Positions 23,812-31,087 of a stretch of 31,087 nucleotides of DNA are shown here, piece after piece; the first letter of the stretch is position 1, and each line of letters opens with the position of its first letter. Source of the DNA: a virus (lineage: Duplodnaviria; Caudoviricetes); IMG/VR virus record IMGVR_UViG_3300028586_000059, positions 1 to 31,087 of that record; one strand, written 5' to 3'. Under the pieces are notes generated by a model that saw nothing but the letters and a program-made list of their open reading frames with translations, did no database searches and was not told where the DNA came from. The position numbers were made by a program, and so were the translations under genes.

Positions 23812-25485
23812 ATGGAATGGTCTACCGCCTGTCCGGATTGGGAAGACAGGATAAAGGCCAAGCTGTCGATCATTCCTCCGCCGATCTTCCCGCAACAGGC
23901 TGAGCAGGCGCTGGCCATCTTCAAAGAATTGAAGGTGACTGACTTGCCTGGCAAGCCGACGTTCGGCGAGTGCAGTGAACAATGGGTGTTTGACTTCGTC
24001 GCTGCGATCTTCGGTGGCTACGACGCCGAAACTGGCAAGCAGATGATCCGCGAGTACTACCTGCTGATCAGTAAGAAAAACACGAAATCGACGATCGCCG
24101 CGGGCATCATGCTGACTGCAGTGATCCTGTGCTGGCGCGACGAAGAAGAGCACCTCATTCTGGCGCCAACCAAGGAAGTGGCCGACAACAGCTTCAAGCC
24201 GGCCGCCGCGATGGTCCGCGCCGACGACGAGCTGCTGGCGCTGTTTCACGTCCAGGACCATGTTCGGACGATCACGCATCGCGTTTCGCGCGCCTCTTTG
24301 AAGGTCGTAGCAGCTGACACTGATACCGTGTCCGGCAAAAAGTCCGGAAAGGTGCTGGTTGACGAGCATTGGCTGTTCGGCAAGCGTGGCAACGCCGAGG
24401 CGATGTTTATGGAGGCGCTGGGTGGCCAGGTATCGCGCGACGAGGGCTGGGTTATCTACCTGACCACCCAGAGCGACGAGCCACCCGCCGGCGTCTACAA
24501 AGACAAGCTGAACTATTTCCGTGATGTACGAGACGGGAAGATCCACGATCAGAAATCGCTGGGCGTGCTCTATGAGTACCCGGCAGCCATGGTAAAGGCC
24601 AAGGCCTACCTCGACTCGTCGACCTACTACATCACCAACCCGAACATTGGTCGCTCTGTCAGCGCCGAATGGCTTGAAGACCAGCTGCGCAAAATGCAGC
24701 ACCGGACGGACGGCAAGTTCCAGCAGTTCCTCGCCAAGCACCTGAACGTCGAAATCGGGTTGAATCTGCGATCTGACCGCTGGGCAGGCGCTGATTTCTG
24801 GGAGCAGCAAGCGAAGGTGCCCGGTTTGACGCTTGAGCAGCTGCTCGAACGGTGTGAAGTGGTCACCGTTGGTATCGACGGCGGCGGCCTGGATGACTTA
24901 TTGGGCCTGGCTGTGGTCGGCCGCGAGCGGTCAACTCGAAAGTGGCTGGGATGGACGCGGGCATGGGCGCACCCAATTGCACTCGACCGGCGTAAAAGCG
25001 AAGAGAGCCGGTACGAAGATTTCAAGGAGCAGGGTGATCTGATCATCATCGAGCAGTTGCCCGGCGACGTGGCCGCAGTGGCCGCTGTCGTCAAGCAGAT
25101 CAACGAGTCGGGTTTGCTTGCATCGGTCGGCCTGGATCCGGAAAAGACGCACAAGGTGATGTTCCAGGCCCTGATCGATGCTGGCATTGACGAAGCCATG
25201 TGCTTCGGCGTTCCTCAAGGCTGGAAGCTCGTTGGCCCTATCAGCGTTACTGAGCGAAAGCTGGCAGAAGGTGTGCTGGTGCACGGTGGCCAGCCTCTGA
25301 TGAACTGGTGCGTCGGTAATGCAAAGGTCGAGCCCCGCGGAAACGCGCTCATTATCACCAAGCAGGCATCGGGCATCGCGAAGATTGACCCGCTGATGGC
25401 GCTTTTCAATGCCGTCTCACTTATGGCACTAGACCCAGTACCAAACCAGGCCACATCAATTTACGACGAGGGCGTTTGCATATGA
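23812..25485 (+). CDS. terL: Terminase large subunit
   Basis: ISKKNTKST Walker A, LVDEHW Walker B, GIDGGGLDDL and KIDPLMA nuclease motifs. Confidence 0.96.
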   Translation: MEWSTACPDWEDRIKAKLSIIPPPIFPQQAEQALAIFKELKVTDLPGKPTFGECSEQWVFDFVAAIFGGYDAETGKQMIREYYLLISKKNTKSTIAAGIMLTAVILCWRDEEEHLILAPTKEVADNSFKPAAAMVRADDELLALFHVQDHVRTITHRVSRASLKVVAADTDTVSGKKSGKVLVDEHWLFGKRGNAEAMFMEALGGQVSRDEGWVIYLTTQSDEPPAGVYKDKLNYFRDVRDGKIHDQKSLGVLYEYPAAMVKAKAYLDSSTYYITNPNIGRSVSAEWLEDQLRKMQHRTDGKFQQFLAKHLNVEIGLNLRSDRWAGADFWEQQAKVPGLTLEQLLERCEVVTVGIDGGGLDDLLGLAVVGRERSTRKWLGWTRAWAHPIALDRRKSEESRYEDFKEQGDLIIIEQLPGDVAAVAAVVKQINESGLLASVGLDPEKTHKVMFQALIDAGIDEAMCFGVPQGWKLVGPISVTERKLAEGVLVHGGQPLMNWCVGNAKVEPRGNALIITKQASGIAKIDPLMALFNAVSLMALDPVPNQATSIYDEGVCI

Positions 25486-25655
25486 GCTTCATCGACTGGG
25501 CGACCCTCGTCGCCGGCATCATCGGCCTGCTTTCGATTACCGTCGGCGCCGGGATGATCTTCCTCCCAGCAGGCTTCATCGTCGCTGGCGCTGGCCTGCT
25601 GTTCTGGTCGTACACCGTTGCCCGCGCCATGGCGCGCGGTGGCATCAAGGAATAA
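25482..25655 (+). CDS. Small membrane protein between terL and portal
   Basis: Own translation MSFIDWATLVAGIIGLLSITVGAGMIFLPAGFIVAGAGLLFWSYTVARAMARGGIKE; typical position in HK97-like phages. Confidence 0.75.
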   Translation: MSFIDWATLVAGIIGLLSITVGAGMIFLPAGFIVAGAGLLFWSYTVARAMARGGIKE

Positions 25656-25658
25656 CGG

Positions 25659-26903
25659 ATGTTCGCCAAACAGTTTTTTAGCCCGCAGGTTAGCGCCGGC
25701 GGCGGCAGCTGGCTTTCCGGCCTGGGTGGGGCACGCTCCGATGCGGGACCGCTGGTAACTGTCGAGTCGGCCCTCACGCTGACATCGCTCCAGGCCTGCG
25801 TTACTTTGATCGCAGAAAGTATCGCGCAGCTTAAGCTTGAGTTGTTCCGTCGCACCGAAGGGGGCGGGCGCGAGTCGGCTAAGGACCACACGCTATACAG
25901 GATCCTGGCATACGCTCCAAATCCCTGGCAGACGCCATTCGAGTTCTTGGAGAACAGCCAGCTGAAGGCCGGTACCCGGGGCAACTCGATCAGCCTGATC
26001 GGCCGCGACGGCGATGGCACGGTCACCGGACTGTACCCAGTCGATACGGAAAGCGTACAGGTGCTCAAGGGGCCTGACTTGCTGCCGTACTACCGCATCG
26101 ATGGCCAGGAGCCGATCCCGCAGCGGATGGTGCACCATGTCCGGTGGTGGAGCCTGAACAACTACGTCGGCATGTCGCCGATCATGCTGCACGCGAACGC
26201 CATCGGCCATGCGCAGGCGATCCAGCAATACGCAGGCAAGTCGTTCCTGAACGGAACTGCGCTGTCGGGTGTGATCGAGCGGCCGCGAGAGTCGTCGCCG
26301 ATCAAGGACCAGAGCGTCATCGATCGAATCACCGACCGCTGGCAGCAGATGTACGGTGGCAGCACCAACGCCAAGCGCGTGGCGATGCTGCAGGAGGGGA
26401 TGACGTTCAAGCCTCTCTCGATGACCAACGTCGATGCGGAGCTGATCCCGGCCCTGAAGCTGACTTCGCTCGACATTGCTCGCATCTACAAGGTGCCGCC
26501 GCACATGATCGGCGAGCTAGACAAGGCCACGTTCTCGAACATCGAGCACCAGGCGATCCAGTTCGTGATTTACACGCTGCTGCCTTGGATCAAGCGACAC
26601 GAGCAGGCGATGATGCGCGACCTGCTGCTCCCGAGCGAGCGGGATGAGTATTACATCGAGTTCAACGTCTCCGGCCTGTTGCGCGGCGATCAAGGATCGC
26701 GCTATGCCGCATACGCGGTCGCCCGCCAGTGGGGATGGCTGTCTGTGAACGACATTCGCCGCCTGGAAAACCTGCCCCCTATCATGGGTGGCAACACCTA
26801 CCTGCAGCCGCTCAACATGGTCGACGCGGCTAAGCCACTGCCGGTTACGCCCGTGAAGGCGAGCGCCGAGCAAGTCGCTGAAATTGAAGGAATCCTCGCA
26901 TGA
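25659..26903 (+). CDS. Portal protein, HK97 family
   Basis: ACVTLIAESIAQL, GMSPI, IARIYKVPPHMIG, FSNIEHQ, NDIRRLENLPP. Confidence 0.96.
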   Translation: MFAKQFFSPQVSAGGGSWLSGLGGARSDAGPLVTVESALTLTSLQACVTLIAESIAQLKLELFRRTEGGGRESAKDHTLYRILAYAPNPWQTPFEFLENSQLKAGTRGNSISLIGRDGDGTVTGLYPVDTESVQVLKGPDLLPYYRIDGQEPIPQRMVHHVRWWSLNNYVGMSPIMLHANAIGHAQAIQQYAGKSFLNGTALSGVIERPRESSPIKDQSVIDRITDRWQQMYGGSTNAKRVAMLQEGMTFKPLSMTNVDAELIPALKLTSLDIARIYKVPPHMIGELDKATFSNIEHQAIQFVIYTLLPWIKRHEQAMMRDLLLPSERDEYYIEFNVSGLLRGDQGSRYAAYAVARQWGWLSVNDIRRLENLPPIMGGNTYLQPLNMVDAAKPLPVTPVKASAEQVAEIEGILA

Positions 26904-27859
26904 AGAACCGTTTTCGCATCGCCGGCATGATTTTCAATCAGCCGCTCATGGTCACCGAGGCCATGCTCGACCAGGCTGCTGCCTGGGCGAACCAGCAGAT
27001 GAGCCTGAACATCGTCAACCTGAGCATCAATGGCGCGCAGCCGCAGATGATGGAGGACAACGACGGTCCATACGAGACAGCGGCGATGCGCGCTGAGTCG
27101 GCGCGCCGCCAGTCCATTGCTGACACCGGAGTGGCGATTATCCCGGTGCATGGCGTGCTGGTCAGCCGCAGCATGCAAATGAACCCCTGCGAGACAATGA
27201 CTAGCTACGAACAGGTCCGCGCGCAAGTGAGTGCCGCGCTGGCCGATCCGTCGGTGGAGCAGATCGCCTTCGATATCGACAGCCCGGGCGGCAGCACCAC
27301 TGGCTGCTACGAGCTGGCTGACTTCCTCTTCGAGGCACGCGCCGTCAAGCCCATGACTGCGATTATTCACTACAACGGCTTCTCTGCGGCGTACCTCATC
27401 GCCGCCGCCGTCGGGAATATCTCCATGTCCCGCACGTCGGGCGTCGGCTCAGTTGGTATCATCGCCAAGCACCTGGACATCTCGGCGCGCAATGAGCAGA
27501 TGGGCGTCAAGGTGACAACTGTCGCCGCCGGCGCACACAAAAATGATCTCAGCCCGCACGAGCCCATCACCGAGCAGTCGATGAAATTCTTAGTCGACAT
27601 GGTGCAGGGCTATTACACCCAGTTCGTGGAGGCCGTCGCCAAGTACCGTGGAATCGGTGCCGACGCGGTACGCGCCACCGAGGCCGGCGTCTTCTTCGGA
27701 CAAAAGGGTGTGGACATCGGTTTTGCCGATCGCATTGAGACCCCTCAAGCGGCAATTGATCGCGTTGCGATGCAGGCGCGCGAGTCGCGCGCTGCGCGCA
27801 GTACCAAACCTTCCATCGGAGCCCGCGCGCAAGCGATGGCCATCCAATCCCAAATTTGA
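26900..27859 (+). CDS. Prohead protease, S49 (SppA/ClpP-like) family
   Basis: DIDSPGG, SAAYLIA, GVGSVG, GFADRI. Confidence 0.93.
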   Translation: MKNRFRIAGMIFNQPLMVTEAMLDQAAAWANQQMSLNIVNLSINGAQPQMMEDNDGPYETAAMRAESARRQSIADTGVAIIPVHGVLVSRSMQMNPCETMTSYEQVRAQVSAALADPSVEQIAFDIDSPGGSTTGCYELADFLFEARAVKPMTAIIHYNGFSAAYLIAAAVGNISMSRTSGVGSVGIIAKHLDISARNEQMGVKVTTVAAGAHKNDLSPHEPITEQSMKFLVDMVQGYYTQFVEAVAKYRGIGADAVRATEAGVFFGQKGVDIGFADRIETPQAAIDRVAMQARESRAARSTKPSIGARAQAMAIQSQI

Positions 27860-27882
27860 CCGCGTTCGCGGGACAAGCAACC

Positions 27883-27906
27883 AAGCCGCCCCCGAGGCGG
27901 TTTTTT
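27883..27906 (+). terminator. Terminator-like hairpin before capsid gene
   Basis: AAGCCGCC-CCCGA-GGCGG-TTTTTT. Confidence 0.6.
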
Positions 27907-27925
27907 CCATTTTAGGAGAGGCAAT

Positions 27926-29251
27926 ATGCCAACCATTAACGAACTCCGCAGCGAACGCGCCAAGGTCAACGCCAGCGTGCAAGCCCTGGCCCTGATCGAA
28001 GCCGGCGGTGGTCAACTGACCGCCGAGCAGCTGGTCGAGTTCACCGGTCTGCAAACCAAATTCGGCGAGCTGACCGCGCAAATTACCCGCATGGAAGCAT
28101 CCGAGAGCATGGCCGCTGCGGCCGCCGTGCCTGTCGATCGCGCCCTGTCGGCGATCCACCAACCCGCAGCACCGCCTGCAGCCGCTGCAAGCATGCCGGC
28201 GACGCCGCGCATGCCAAGCGTTCCCGGTACCGGCATGTCGCGCATGGTGCGCGCACTGGTCGTCGCTCAAGGCAACCAGCAGGTGGCCGCCAAGTTCGCG
28301 ATGGACAATCACTTCGGTGAAGACGTCGCGATGGCACTGAACACCCTGACGCCTGGCGCCGGCGGCGTGCTCGTCCCGCAAAACATGGCCCGTGAAGTAA
28401 TCGAGCTGTGGCGTCCGCAGTCGGTTGTCCGCCGGCTCGGCGCGCGCACGCTGCCGCTCACGAACGGCAACATCACCCTGCCGCGCCTGAAGGGTGGTGC
28501 AGTCGTTGGCTACACCGGCAGCGATTCGGATATCGGTGTGACTGGCCAGACCTTCGACAACCTGAAGCTGTCGGCGAAGAAGCTGACCGGCCTGGTCCCG
28601 ATTTCGAACGACCTGTTGGCCTACGCCGGTACGAGCCCGAACGTCGACAAGCTGGTGGTGGATGACCTGACTGGCGCCATGAGCTCGCGCGAAGACAAGG
28701 CGTTTATCCGCGACGACGGCACCCTGGAAACCCCGAAAGGCCTGCTGGCCTGGGCGCTGGCCGGCTTCAAATTCGCGGCATCCGCGGGTGACACGCTGCA
28801 GAAGATCGAAAACGATCTGAACAAGCTGATTCTGGCTCTGGAAAACGTGAACGCCAACATGGGCGCGCCCGGCTGGATCATGTCGCCGCGTTCGTTCCGC
28901 TTCCTGGAAGGTCTGCGCGACGGCAACGGCAACAAGGTCTATCCCGAAATGAAGGACGGGAACCTGAAGGGCTATCCAGTCGGCAAGACGACCCAGATCC
29001 CGAACAACCTGGGCGCCAGCTCGAACCAGTCGGAAATCTACTTCGTGGACTTCAACGACTGCTTCATCGGCGAAGACGAAACGCTTCTGATCGATTACTC
29101 GAAGGAAGCGACGTACAAGGACGAAGGCGGCAATCTCGTGAGCGCCTTCCAGCGTGATCAAACGCTGGTGCGCGTCATCGCGAAGCACGACTTCGGCCCG
29201 CGCCACGTCGAATCGATCGCGATCCTGACCGCGGTTACCTGGGGCGCGTAA
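27926..29251 (+). CDS. Major capsid protein, HK97 fold with N-terminal delta domain
   Basis: Coiled-coil N-terminus, GGVLVPQ, KKLTGLVPISNDLL, AFQRDQTLVR. Confidence 0.96.
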   Translation: MPTINELRSERAKVNASVQALALIEAGGGQLTAEQLVEFTGLQTKFGELTAQITRMEASESMAAAAAVPVDRALSAIHQPAAPPAAAASMPATPRMPSVPGTGMSRMVRALVVAQGNQQVAAKFAMDNHFGEDVAMALNTLTPGAGGVLVPQNMAREVIELWRPQSVVRRLGARTLPLTNGNITLPRLKGGAVVGYTGSDSDIGVTGQTFDNLKLSAKKLTGLVPISNDLLAYAGTSPNVDKLVVDDLTGAMSSREDKAFIRDDGTLETPKGLLAWALAGFKFAASAGDTLQKIENDLNKLILALENVNANMGAPGWIMSPRSFRFLEGLRDGNGNKVYPEMKDGNLKGYPVGKTTQIPNNLGASSNQSEIYFVDFNDCFIGEDETLLIDYSKEATYKDEGGNLVSAFQRDQTLVRVIAKHDFGPRHVESIAILTAVTWGA

Positions 29252-29312
29252 AGCGGCCTGAATGCCGGCCTGCTACCGCAGGTCGGCCAACCCTTCATTA
29301 AGGAACTCCATC

Positions 29313-29462
29313 GTGGAAACTGTCGAATTCATCAAGCCTTGGAAAATTTACAGTCCAGGCGACGTCGCCGGCTTCGAGGCCGATCAGGCCAAGATCCTGA
29401 CCGACGGCAAGGTGGCAAAGCCGTACGAGGTAGACGCAAAAGCTGCAAAACCAGCGAAGTAA
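29313..29462 (+). CDS. Small post-capsid head-associated protein
   Basis: GTG start after AAGGA; VEFIKPWKIYSPGDVAGF...AKPAK. Confidence 0.65.
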   Translation: METVEFIKPWKIYSPGDVAGFEADQAKILTDGKVAKPYEVDAKAAKPAK

Positions 29463-29539
29463 TCTTCCGCATGGCCTGCGCCAGGTCGGTGCGCACCGCG
29501 CGCGCCAGCCTGGCACAGCGTTAAGAGAAAGCTACCGTT

Positions 29540-29806
29540 ATGGCCCACCTTCACATGGTAACGACCGTCTCGACCATCCGTGCGTACGACGAGCCGGGGG
29601 GGTACGAGGCACGCCGGCCGTACGGCGGCATCATCACGGTCGACCACCTGACAAGCAGCACTGTGTACATGCACGGCGCCGTCGGCAAGATCGACCGCGC
29701 CACGCATGCGGACGCACTCAACATGCTTCGCGAGCGCGGCATCACCACGGTGATGTACGAGCGGCGCGGGCAAATGAAAACCATCAAGCTGGAAACGAAG
29801 ACCTGA
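29540..29806 (+). CDS. Hypothetical protein
   Basis: 88 aa ORF in operon orientation. Confidence 0.6.
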   Translation: MAHLHMVTTVSTIRAYDEPGGYEARRPYGGIITVDHLTSSTVYMHGAVGKIDRATHADALNMLRERGITTVMYERRGQMKTIKLETKT

Positions 29807-29883
29807 CCGCCGAGCACTTGGCCACGATGCCAGCCACCGAAGTCGACGCCATCCTCGAAACCCTCAGCAAAGCAGAATAAAAT

Positions 29884-31087
29884 ATGGCGAATCCTACTAT
29901 CACAATTCTGCCATCCAAAATGGCAGTCAGCACCGGTTCGCCATATACCGCCAACGACGTCGACGGGGCGGCCACCTACGCTTTCCCGAACGCGCAGGGA
30001 CAAATCCATTTCACCGCAGATACTGCGGTCGTGGGGCAGAAGTACGACGTCTATATGCTGTGGTCGATGGCCGGCACGCCGGGTCAGCCATCGCCTGCAT
30101 CGGTTAGATTCTACGGCGCCTATGAGCCGTGGACTGATTCGTCAAAGCCTGTCTATGCGAACAAGGTGATCAATCTGGTTCCGCCGCAAGGGTCTGGCAT
30201 TGTCGAGCGGTCGCAGCTGCCGTTTTCGTTCACCCGAGAAGATGCCGGACGTATTTCGCACTTCAAGATTGGCCGCCAGCAGGACAGCGTCGGCGGCACG
30301 ATGCGTATCCGCGGGTTCGAGCTTGTGCCAACCCCCGATCTGGTCGAAGCCAGCGTCACACCTGCCGGTAACCTGTCGCCAACGAGCTTCAACACGCCGT
30401 ACTCGGGCACCAAAGTGATCTCGCTGCTGTCGCTGTACACGCCGATCTGGACTACGGCCAACGCGGTCTATGTCGTCGCCCCCGTGACCGTTGGTGGCGT
30501 GCAGCAATCGCGCCTGGCGAAGCTGAACAAGAACACGTACGAGATGATCCAGGACGTGCAGATCGGCACCGGGACGCACGATACGACCATCGGGCACCGG
30601 GACGGCAGCGTGTGCGTTACTGACGACGGTAAGGTCATCACCTATGGCGAAGCGCACCACACACCATGGAAGGGCCTGTCGGCGCCTACCGAAGACATTT
30701 CGGCACTGGCGGCAACGACCGCACCTGCGGGCCTCGACGTAAACTGTTCCTACCGCCGCTTCTTCCGGAACCAGTTCGACGGCAGCATGTGGATGGGCGC
30801 ACGCGGGAATGGCTACTTGGCCGGCATCTACAAATGGAACGGCGCCACGTTCGACCGCAAAGGCACTGACTTCCTCGCTGGCAATGCGGCCTCGTACCTT
30901 GGCTCTTACGGCATGGAGATTGCCTTTGCGAGCGTCGACACGCTGTACGTAACGACCGAGTTCCTGCAGGGCGATGGCCCGTTCACGATGTCTGGCTACC
31001 CGCGCCAGAACATCAATCTGATCAAGTCGACGGACGGCGGTACGACCTTCACGACCATGCGTGGCAAGGCGCTGAATCTTCCACTGG
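29884..31087 (+). CDS. Large BNR/Asp-box beta-propeller protein (runs off window end)
   Basis: Own translation, open for ~401 codons: MANPTITILPSK...GHRDGSVCVTDDGKVITYGEAHH...SYRRFF...KSTDGGTTF. Confidence 0.75.
   Translation, partial: MANPTITILPSKMAVSTGSPYTANDVDGAATYAFPNAQGQIHFTADTAVVGQKYDVYMLWSMAGTPGQPSPASVRFYGAYEPWTDSSKPVYANKVINLVPPQGSGIVERSQLPFSFTREDAGRISHFKIGRQQDSVGGTMRIRGFELVPTPDLVEASVTPAGNLSPTSFNTPYSGTKVISLLSLYTPIWTTANAVYVVAPVTVGGVQQSRLAKLNKNTYEMIQDVQIGTGTHDTTIGHRDGSVCVTDDGKVITYGEAHHTPWKGLSAPTEDISALAATTAPAGLDVNCSYRRFFRNQFDGSMWMGARGNGYLAGIYKWNGATFDRKGTDFLAGNAASYLGSYGMEIAFASVDTLYVTTEFLQGDGPFTMSGYPRQNINLIKSTDGGTTFTTMRGKALNLPL

Larger units (their letters stand above)
1..31087. mobile_element. 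Lambdoid/HK97-like prophage (internal part; ends, integrase, tail and lysis genes not seen in window)
   Basis: Canonical order: early-left operon, cI/cro, early-right operon, Q-like gene, HNH-terS-terL-portal-protease-capsid. Confidence 0.97.

Noticed and set aside
27590-29206. 538 aa minus-strand ORF, and similar long antisense ORFs over terL and the helicase-methylase
   Set aside because: Antisense shadows expected from high-GC codon bias over clearly identified genes

Overview
The window is the central part of a lambdoid (HK97-like, probably cos-packaging) prophage. Gene content and high GC suggest a Betaproteobacterial host; this is inference only. Left to right it holds: (1) an early-left operon with a DEDD exonuclease, RdgC and small hypotheticals; (2) PL/OL; (3) a ~3.6 kb cargo block between OL and cI; (4) the cI/cro switch with three TTTAG-N4-CTAAA operators; (5) an early-right operon with an HD hydrolase, a beta-clamp-like protein, Ref nuclease, an SNF2-helicase/DNA-methylase fusion, a Rha/KilAC antirepressor, a truncated replication protein, DUF5664 and an endonuclease; (6) an inverted orphan ParA moron; (7) a Q-like antiterminator with pR'/tR'; (8) head genes HNH, terS, terL, portal, S49 protease and capsid; and (9) the start of a large BNR/beta-propeller protein. 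The most striking unexplained element is a ~280 nt GNRA-rich, apparently structured non-coding region (about 4419-4700). It has its own promoter overlapped by a CI operator and is followed by direct repeats and a small ORF, in a phage that seems to lack a complete O/P replication module. Other oddities are a catalytically dead S24 paralogue coupled to cI, a tRNA-shaped element without an anticodon arm after tR', and a perfect 15-bp inverted repeat over the orphan parA promoter. All calls come from motif recognition by eye; no database searches were run.
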